From positions 628,751-692,750 of the forward strand of contig JAWLHJ010000002.1 of assembly GCA_041690395.1 (NCBI GenBank): a DNA stretch of 64,000 bases, read 5' to 3'. A program made the position numbers and the translations under genes. Positions 57,365-64,000 of the stretch are shown piece after piece; the first letter of the stretch is position 1, and every line of letters starts with the position of its first letter. The DNA is from Longimicrobiales bacterium. Its GTDB lineage: Bacteria > Gemmatimonadota > Gemmatimonadetes > Longimicrobiales > Gaopeijiaceae. The notes under the pieces were generated by a model. The model had not been told where the DNA came from and ran no database searches. It was given only the letters and a program-made list of their open reading frames with translations.

Positions 57365-58375
57365 TCATGACACTTTCGCGGAACCGCCGCGTGGGGGCCA
57401 GCGTGGGACGGAGCGGGCCCGAACGCCCGTTCCGAGGGCGATCCCCAGGAGGATCAAAGCGCCGCCCGCGAGGGTCTGCGGCGGCGGGATCTCGGCGATG
57501 GCCGGTAGCAGCCAGGCGATCAGGGTGGCGCCGATGGGCTCTCCGAGCAGGAACAGGTTAGCGACGTAGGCCGGCACGTAGCGGATGGCGTAATTCACGC
57601 CCGTGTGTCCGAGCATCATCGGACCCGCGGCGAGGGCGAGGAAGACCAGCCAGTCACCGAGCGGAAAGCCGACCATCGGGCTCCCCGGCGTGACCGCGAC
57701 GGCGGCGAGGAGGGCGACGGCCGCCACCCCGTACACCACCGCGACGTAGGCCCACAGGTCGAGCTTGCGCCGGAGCACCCGCCCGATGAGGTAGTAGCCC
57801 GCAACGAGCCACGCCGCGAGGAAGGCGAGCGCGTCACCGAAGAGCGCCCTCGGTCCGAGCGCGAAGTCGCCCCACCCCACCGTCATCGCCCCGGCCATGG
57901 CCACCGCGATGCCGAGCCACTGGCGGCGCGTCGGGCGCTCGGACAGGAGCACGGCCGAAAGCACCGCGACGATGAACGGCTGCAGGGACACGAGCACGAC
58001 CGAGCTCGCCACGGTCGTGTAGCGCAGCGACGCGATCCAGCTCCAGAAGTGGCCCGCCAGAAGGAGCCCGCCCGTGACGGCCCATGCCCACTCGCGCCCG
58101 GTCAGCCGGGCTCCCTTCAGGACCGACCCGCGCGCCGCGAGAACGACGCCGATGAAGGCCATCGAGAAGACCATCCGCCACGCGGCCACCGACAGCGCGG
58201 GCGCCGTCGCGAGCCGCACGAGCGGACCCGCCCACGAGATCGCGGCGACCGCGACGACGAGCGCGAGCCACGGCGAGACGGCGGGCGGCGGGACCGAGCC
58301 CGTGGGGTCGGCGGCGTCCGGCCGCTCGGGCGGCGGAGCGTGGTCGGGCGTCCGGGGGGCAGAGGGATCGTTCAC
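57365..58375 (-). CDS. DMT/EamA-family transporter
   Basis: About ten TM segments, HFWSWIASLRYTTVASSV, GH..NYA, EPIGA. Confidence 0.9.
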   Translation of the reverse strand: MNDPSAPRTPDHAPPPERPDAADPTGSVPPPAVSPWLALVVAVAAISWAGPLVRLATAPALSVAAWRMVFSMAFIGVVLAARGSVLKGARLTGREWAWAVTGGLLLAGHFWSWIASLRYTTVASSVVLVSLQPFIVAVLSAVLLSERPTRRQWLGIAVAMAGAMTVGWGDFALGPRALFGDALAFLAAWLVAGYYLIGRVLRRKLDLWAYVAVVYGVAAVALLAAVAVTPGSPMVGFPLGDWLVFLALAAGPMMLGHTGVNYAIRYVPAYVANLFLLGEPIGATLIAWLLPAIAEIPPPQTLAGGALILLGIALGTGVRARSVPRWPPRGGSAKVS

Positions 58376-58435
58376 GCGGACAACCTCGTCCGCACCGCGC
58401 GTGGCGGAAAGGGCCGGCCTCCGGGCCCCCGCTCC

Positions 58436-59155
58436 CTACCCTCCCGAGCCGACCGCCAGCCCCACGGACAGCGCCTGGCGATCTCCCAGCGCAGCCGACG
58501 CGCGTAGGACGAACCGCCGCGCCGCGTCGAGCGAGAGGTCGAGACCGATATCGAGCGCCGGCCCGACGTCGAACTCGTCGGACGGCGCCTCGTCGCCGAG
58601 CCGCAGGTCGGCGGCGAGCCCGGCGTTCACGTACGGCGACAGCCAGACCGAGCCGGACGTCCACGAAACCGCTCCGGTGAGCCCGACCGGGACCGTGACG
58701 AGGGCGTATTCGCCCACGCTCACGCCCAGGCCGCTCTGCCAGTCGAGGTCGAACGGCACGTCGGAGCGGCCGCGCAGCAGAGGTGCCTGCACGTCCACGC
58801 CCCCGAATCCGGCCGTGGTCCCACCCGCGCCGGTCCCCGCTCCACCGCGCAGACGGACGCCATCCGGCAGCCCGGGAAAGGCCCAGGTGACCAGCACGGC
58901 CTCGTCGTCGCCGGGGAGCGTCTCCGCGCGCACCCAATGGACGCCGAGGCCGCCCGACGCATGCGGCGAGACGAGCCTCGGCGTATCGGGCGCGAGCTGG
59001 GCATGCGCGGCCGTCGGCGCGGCCAGCCCGAGCAGGCTCCAGGTCACGATGCCCCAGGTCACGATCCCCCACCTGACCAGGCGGCGCTGCGTCGGCCGGG
59101 CCAAGCCTGCTACCCAGCTCCGCCGCGCGAGGGCGGCACCACCGCGAGCGCGCAT
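58436..59155 (-). CDS. Hypothetical exported protein, probable beta-barrel
   Basis: Signal peptide ending AHA-Q, amphipathic strands; TGATG coupling with the upstream gene. Confidence 0.65.
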   Translation of the reverse strand: MRARGGAALARRSWVAGLARPTQRRLVRWGIVTWGIVTWSLLGLAAPTAAHAQLAPDTPRLVSPHASGGLGVHWVRAETLPGDDEAVLVTWAFPGLPDGVRLRGGAGTGAGGTTAGFGGVDVQAPLLRGRSDVPFDLDWQSGLGVSVGEYALVTVPVGLTGAVSWTSGSVWLSPYVNAGLAADLRLGDEAPSDEFDVGPALDIGLDLSLDAARRFVLRASAALGDRQALSVGLAVGSGG

Positions 59156-60387
59156 CAGTTGGGCGCCCTCACGCCGGGAGCGTCGTAGTCCCGGTCTCGC
59201 CCCATCACCGCACCGTGGAGGTCGAGGCCGGAGTTGTCGTGGACGGCCACCCACTGCCGGATCGATCCGGGGAACGGCTCGGTGCGCCCGTTCCGGCCCA
59301 GGGGGTCCGTATACCAGATCTCCGGACCATCCGCGTTGCGGACGTTGTTGCCGTTGACGTCCACGAAGCGCCGCACGCCCTTGAACGGTGAGCGCGGATC
59401 GTCCCAGGAGACGACTTCGTCGGGAAGCCCTTCGCAGCGGTCGCGCCCCACCAGGTCCGGCTCGTAGCAGAGGTCGATCGGTCGGCCGAGCGCCCGCTCG
59501 AGCGCGGCATCGTAGTAACGGCTCGGATCGATGACCTGGTAGTACGGGTTGAACGACGCCAGCGTGCGCCCGTTCTCCCGGCGAAGGGAGGCGCTGATCT
59601 CCCAGCTCTCCTTCAGCGCCGAGTCGAAGCGGGGGCGCTCGCCGTCGGACCCCAGCACGTGGGTGCCGACGCAGGCCGCGTCCGGTACCGCTCGCTTCCC
59701 TCCGCCGTTCGGCGAGATGGGGGGCACGGCGGTCCCGGCCGTGATGTGGCGCTCCCGGTCGCACGACGCGACCAGCTCGCCGGGCGTGCCGATGGGCGTC
59801 AGGAGCGTCGCGCTGAAGCCCGTCCCGTCCGTGCAACGGACGTGGTAGACCACCTCGTGCAGGTTGTTCGTGAACGCGTCGGGCGAGTGCGTCCCCTGGT
59901 GCAGCTTGGTGAGCACGTCGCACCTCACGTCGAGCGTGGCCGTGCCGCTGTCCCCGATTCGCATGGGCATGTCGTTCTCCCATTCGATTTTGTGCCCGAC
60001 GTGGTCTTCGTGCCGGTGCGCACCGAAGCCGCTCCGCTCCAGGTGCTCGTTGGCGTACCCGAAGGGAATCGGACCGACTTCGGCGAACAGGGCCGAGCCC
60101 GAGGGATCGCGTCCGTGCTCATGACCGAAGGTGCATCCCGTTCCGGGGTCGACCGCAGGATGCCAGGTCGGGTAACGGAGCCCGTCCGGTCCGACGACGT
60201 GGTAGCCGTCGTGGATCTCGGCCGAGCAGGTATCGGGGCCCGAAGGTGCCCACAGGCCGAGCGCCATGGCGTCACCCACGGCCTCCGGCTCCTCGAAGCG
60301 CGGCGCCGTCGCGTCGGCGGGGTCGCACGAGGCACCCGCCCAGACCACGACCATGACGAGCCGCGCGCGCGTCATCCAACGAACCAT
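59155..60387 (-). CDS. His/Cys-rich hypothetical (lipo)protein
   Basis: Hydrophobic leader ending AGASC; GHEHG, HRHEDHVGHK, HQGTHS, NLHE motifs. Confidence 0.75.
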   Translation of the reverse strand: MVRWMTRARLVMVVVWAGASCDPADATAPRFEEPEAVGDAMALGLWAPSGPDTCSAEIHDGYHVVGPDGLRYPTWHPAVDPGTGCTFGHEHGRDPSGSALFAEVGPIPFGYANEHLERSGFGAHRHEDHVGHKIEWENDMPMRIGDSGTATLDVRCDVLTKLHQGTHSPDAFTNNLHEVVYHVRCTDGTGFSATLLTPIGTPGELVASCDRERHITAGTAVPPISPNGGGKRAVPDAACVGTHVLGSDGERPRFDSALKESWEISASLRRENGRTLASFNPYYQVIDPSRYYDAALERALGRPIDLCYEPDLVGRDRCEGLPDEVVSWDDPRSPFKGVRRFVDVNGNNVRNADGPEIWYTDPLGRNGRTEPFPGSIRQWVAVHDNSGLDLHGAVMGRDRDYDAPGVRAPN

Positions 60388-60509
60388 CCCGAACTCCTCC
60401 GTCGCTCTCTGGCGACCGAATCGGGAGCCGGTGACCCATCGGGCCTGACACGCTCCTCGTTCCTGTCTCCGGGCCGACCCGGCGGCCCGCAACACCACAA
60501 CGAGTCCCG

Positions 60510-61136
60510 CTAACGCTTCCTGAGCTGGACCGCGAAGCGGAGCGAGCTGAGCCCCACGTCGCGCACCGCCGTCTCGCCGTCGTTCCGGATGGGCACGAAC
60601 GCCGAGCCATCCAGCGAAACCACGTTCCCCACGACCCACGAGCCGAACGCCGGGACGTCCCACCCGAGGCCCACGGTCACCCGCGGCGCGTCGTAGGACA
60701 GATCTCCGGCGCGGTACCCCGACCAGCCGAACCCGCCGAGCAGGTACAGACCCCGCGAGGGATCCGGCACCAGGTGAGCCACGATTCCCAGCCCGTAGAG
60801 CTTATCACGGACGCCTGCCTGCTCGTGCGTCCAGGCGGACAGCTCGAGACCGACGCGGAGCTGATCCGCCCCGTACGCCCCCGCCGCAACCGTCAGCGCC
60901 GGCCCGATGTCGCGGGTGGGCTGACAGAGGTCACAGGTGAGGCGCGTGCCCGCGCCGCCGACCGTCAGACCGTACCAGACCGAAGAGCCGGCCGCGCCCG
61001 TGCCGGCCACCGCGGCCGCACGGTCACCCGCCTGAGCCGCCGCATCGATCGGCGCCCCGGCGGTCGCCGCCACGAGGCAGACGCCCGCGAGGACGTGCCC
61101 GAGCTTCGACGAACGTGGGCTCCTCGAGTTTCGCAT
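60510..61136 (-). CDS. Hypothetical outer-membrane beta-barrel-like protein with CxxC loop
   Basis: GGAG RBS, signal peptide, TCDLC, YLLGGFGW, C-terminal LRFAVQL. Confidence 0.7.
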   Translation of the reverse strand: MRNSRSPRSSKLGHVLAGVCLVAATAGAPIDAAAQAGDRAAAVAGTGAAGSSVWYGLTVGGAGTRLTCDLCQPTRDIGPALTVAAGAYGADQLRVGLELSAWTHEQAGVRDKLYGLGIVAHLVPDPSRGLYLLGGFGWSGYRAGDLSYDAPRVTVGLGWDVPAFGSWVVGNVVSLDGSAFVPIRNDGETAVRDVGLSSLRFAVQLRKR

Positions 61137-61191
61137 GAGCGCTCCGTGATCGGTCCGGCCGCCCCGGCTTGGACGGCGCCCGAGCCGGAAG

Positions 61192-61207
61192 AGCAAGCGG
61201 CGTGCCG
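61192..61207 (-). promoter_or_regulatory. sigma-54 (-24/-12) promoter candidate
   Basis: Minus strand CGGCACGCCGCTTGCT = GG-N10-GC with CACG and TTGC, about 55 nt upstream of the ATG at 61136. Confidence 0.6.
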
Positions 61208-61502
61208 TGGGACGCGAGCATCGGCATTCAGCACTCGCGTGCCCGGAGGGGGGACGCAGCGTACGAGCCCCGCAAGACACTGTGGTCACGCCCCTTACGC
61301 GATGCACCGCACCCACCGGCTGCCACCGTGTAACACCGCGGCACGAATGACCGCGGCCGGCCCATGCAGGCCGCCCGGTAGCGCCCGCCCTCACGCAGAT
61401 TGCCACGACCGGGACGCCGTTGCCGACGACGCGACGCCGCGGTAGCCTACGAGGGTTGGACCGAATCGCGCCCAGACGCTGAATCCCCCCCGGAGGTGCT
61501 CC

Positions 61503-62465
61503 GTGACTCGTGCCAGAATGGCGTACCTCGGGACGTTCGCGGCCTTGTTGGCCGCCATCGGCATGCAGGGGAGCACCGGCCCGGCGGCGACGCCGAGCGC
61601 CACGGAAGCGACCCTGGACGGCGCTCCCGACGCCGGAGCCACGGTTCCGATGGCCGAAGTGGCGCCGACCCCGGCGCCGGTGGTCGAGGCGCTCGACACG
61701 CCTCAGGTCGCGCTCGACGTTGCCGCGGAGGCCACCGTGGCGGCGCCCGAGCCGGAACGCCGATCCCGTCGCCGTTGGCGGAACCGCTACCCCGGCCCGA
61801 TCCCTACGCCCGCCGACTGGCAGCCGCCCGAAGGCCCCGTCAAGATCGCGCTCCAGGCGGGGCACTGGCGCGCTCACGAAGCGCCCGACGAGCTCCGCGG
61901 GCTCCGGGACAACGGCACACGCTGGCGTGACGTCGCCGAGTGGGAGGCCAACCTCCGGATCGCCGAGCGCTCAGCGGAGATGCTGCGTGAGCTCGGCTAC
62001 GAAGCGGAGGTCCTTCCAGCGGTGGTCCCCCCGGGATACCGGGCCCACCTCTTCATCGCGATCCACGCCGACGGCGCCGGGGACCCGAGGGCGTCCGGCT
62101 ACCGCGTGGCCGCGCCCCGACTCGACGCCACCGGGCGGGCGGCGGGCATCGTCGCCTTGCTCGAGGAGAGCTACGGGGAGGAGACGGGTCTGCGTCGGCT
62201 TCCGACCGTGACGCGCCGGATGAGCAACTACTACGCGTTCAACTTCCGCCGGTACGAGCACGCCCTTCACCCCATGACGATCGCCGTCATTCTCGAGACC
62301 GGCTTCATCACGAGCGAGCGGGATCGCGCCGTGATCCTGTCCGACCCGGACCGCGCCGCCCGCGGCATCGTGACCGCGGTCACCCGCTTCCAGGAGACGC
62401 CCGCGCCTCTGGCGACGGCGGCCACCGATGGAACGGTGGCGGACGGGCCGGGTGGGGCACGTTAG
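61503..62465 (+). CDS. N-acetylmuramoyl-L-alanine amidase (Amidase_3)
   Basis: IALQAGH, EWEANL, IAIHAD, VILETGF zinc/catalytic motifs; N-terminal anchor. Confidence 0.85.
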   Translation: MTRARMAYLGTFAALLAAIGMQGSTGPAATPSATEATLDGAPDAGATVPMAEVAPTPAPVVEALDTPQVALDVAAEATVAAPEPERRSRRRWRNRYPGPIPTPADWQPPEGPVKIALQAGHWRAHEAPDELRGLRDNGTRWRDVAEWEANLRIAERSAEMLRELGYEAEVLPAVVPPGYRAHLFIAIHADGAGDPRASGYRVAAPRLDATGRAAGIVALLEESYGEETGLRRLPTVTRRMSNYYAFNFRRYEHALHPMTIAVILETGFITSERDRAVILSDPDRAARGIVTAVTRFQETPAPLATAATDGTVADGPGGAR

Positions 62466-62472
62466 GTCGGCT

Positions 62473-63570
62473 GTGACCCACCTACCTGGCTCCCGAGCCC
62501 CGCGGCCCCGCCTCCGACCCCGCCTCGTAGCCGGGCTAATCGGCGCGGCCCTACTCACCTTCGCCGCTCTGCTCACCGGCCACGGCGACCTTTCGGCCCA
62601 GGAGGAAGCGCGACCCAGACCCCGCGTGGTCGTGATCACGACCGGAGGCACGATCGCGAGCCGGCCGGGCGGCTCGCTGGCCGGCGACAGCCTTGTCGCG
62701 GCCGTCCCCGAGGTGCTCGAGCACGCCGACGTGCGGGTGGAAGAGATCTACAGGATCGGCTCGTCGCAGATGACGCCCGGCCATTGGCTGACGCTGTCTC
62801 GCCGCGTCAACGAGCTCTTCCGGCGCGATCCGGGACTCGCGGGCATCGTGGTCACGCACGGCACGGACACGCTCGACGAGACCGCATTCTTCCTCAACCT
62901 CACGGTCCACGACACCCGTCCGGTCGTCGTCGTCGGTTCCATGCGGTCGGCCGACGCGATCTCCGCGGACGGCCCGGCGAACCTGCTCAACGCCGTGCGG
63001 GTGGCCGCGACCCCCGCCTCGGCGGGGCACGGCGTGCTGGTCGTCCTGAACGAGGATATCTCCGCCGCCCGGGACGTCTGGAAGACGCACAACCAGCGGG
63101 TCGACACCTTCCGGTCTCCCGAGCTCGGCTTCCTCGGGTATGTCGACCCCGACGCCGTGGTCTTCCACCGCAAGGCGCTCCGCCCGCACACGGTGGACAG
63201 CCCGTTCCGGGTCGACGACGTCCAGTCGCTTCCCGATGTCACCATCGTGGGCGACTACACGGGAGCCGACAGCCGCCAGATCCTCGACGCCGTCCGGGCG
63301 GAAGTGGACGGGCTGATCGTGACCACATTCGCGGGCGGTCGGATGAGCCCCGGTACCCGCGAGGGCGTGCGGAGGGCGGTGGAGGCCGGCATACCCGTCG
63401 TCCTCGCGTCGCGCGTCCCTGGCGGACGGATCGTCGGCCAGCCCGCAGAGCCGCTCGGAGCCGTGCTCGCCGCGGACCTTCCACCGCACAAGGCGCGCAT
63501 CCTGCTCATGCTCGCGCTCCTCGAGACGACCGACGCGGACGCGCTCCAAGAGCTCTTCGCGACCTTCTGA
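62473..63570 (+). CDS. Exported asparaginase (second copy)
   Basis: TTGGTIA, THGTDTLDET, SADGPANL, KARILL. Confidence 0.92.
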   Translation: MTHLPGSRAPRPRLRPRLVAGLIGAALLTFAALLTGHGDLSAQEEARPRPRVVVITTGGTIASRPGGSLAGDSLVAAVPEVLEHADVRVEEIYRIGSSQMTPGHWLTLSRRVNELFRRDPGLAGIVVTHGTDTLDETAFFLNLTVHDTRPVVVVGSMRSADAISADGPANLLNAVRVAATPASAGHGVLVVLNEDISAARDVWKTHNQRVDTFRSPELGFLGYVDPDAVVFHRKALRPHTVDSPFRVDDVQSLPDVTIVGDYTGADSRQILDAVRAEVDGLIVTTFAGGRMSPGTREGVRRAVEAGIPVVLASRVPGGRIVGQPAEPLGAVLAADLPPHKARILLMLALLETTDADALQELFATF

Positions 63571-63601
63571 CCATGCGCCCACCTCTCACCGGTGATCTCC
63601 G

Positions 63602-64000
63602 GTGAACGCCCGATCCTCGGCACCTTCGCTCTCACTGATCGTGAGCGCGTACAACCAGACCGACGTGCTGGCCAAGACCCTTCGCGGGATCGAGCTTCAG
63701 ACGCAGTTCCCCGACGAGGTCCTCGTGGCTGACGACGGCTCGGGTCCGGCCACGCGCGCGATCATCGAAGCGTGGGCCGAGCACGCCCCCTTTCCGGTGC
63801 GCCATGTCTGGCACCCGGACGACGGTTTCCGGAAGACCGTCATCCTGAACAAGACACTCGCGGACGTCCGGAGCGACTACGTCGTCTTCACCGACGCAGA
63901 CTGCGTCCCGCACCCCGCATTCGTCGCCGACCATCGGCGACTGGCCGAGCGGGGCTTCTGGGTGCAGGGACGGCGCTGCTTCGTCCAGGAGCCGTTCGTG
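63602..64000 (+). CDS. Glycosyltransferase family 2 (runs off the window end)
   Basis: Manual translation SLIVSAYNQ..EVLVADDGS..HVWHPDDGFRK..FTDADC. Confidence 0.85.
   Translation, partial: MNARSSAPSLSLIVSAYNQTDVLAKTLRGIELQTQFPDEVLVADDGSGPATRAIIEAWAEHAPFPVRHVWHPDDGFRKTVILNKTLADVRSDYVVFTDADCVPHPAFVADHRRLAERGFWVQGRRCFVQEPFV

Noticed and set aside
59038..59072. 15-bp tandem duplication encoding WGIVT-WGIVT
   Set aside because: Two in-frame copies in a signal-peptide region; probably neutral slippage

Overview
High-GC bacterial chromosomal segment with dense coding. The gene mix (SusC/SusD pair, PadR plus duplicated orphan permeases, DUF4837, many secreted orphans) suggests a Gemmatimonadota-like organism; this is inference. 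Recognisable content: an arsenic operon (arsR, metallophosphoesterase, arsA, acr3), two PadR-permease modules, SusC/SusD, HU, a stand-alone tRNA-Ile(GAT), oligopeptidase A, an old-yellow-enzyme reductase, dnaE, an aldehyde dehydrogenase, msrA, two cyclophilins, a DksA/TraR-like protein, cysK, a ferritin-like protein, a cold-shock protein, two asparaginases, map, csaA, a glutamate-type dehydrogenase, an amidase and a partial GT2. Highlights beyond the ORF track: (1) a probable hidden selenoprotein at 51911-52261(-), ArsC/Spx-like, with an in-frame UGA in a UxxC motif and a SECIS-like hairpin; (2) an Rrf2/NsrR + group III truncated haemoglobin + exported mono-haem protein operon with a perfect operator palindrome; (3) a putative sigma-54 operon of two beta-barrel-like proteins flanking a His/Cys-rich lipoprotein; (4) a tRNA-Ile integration scar next to a Fic pseudogene missing its catalytic core; (5) a nuclease-less homing-endonuclease-type DNA-binding protein; (6) an ultra-acidic Trp-periodic microprotein; (7) two apparently catalytically dead exported alpha/beta hydrolases; (8) a structured 570-bp intergenic region. 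No CRISPR array, rRNA, intact transposase or integrase was seen. All family assignments come from motif recognition by eye, not database searches.
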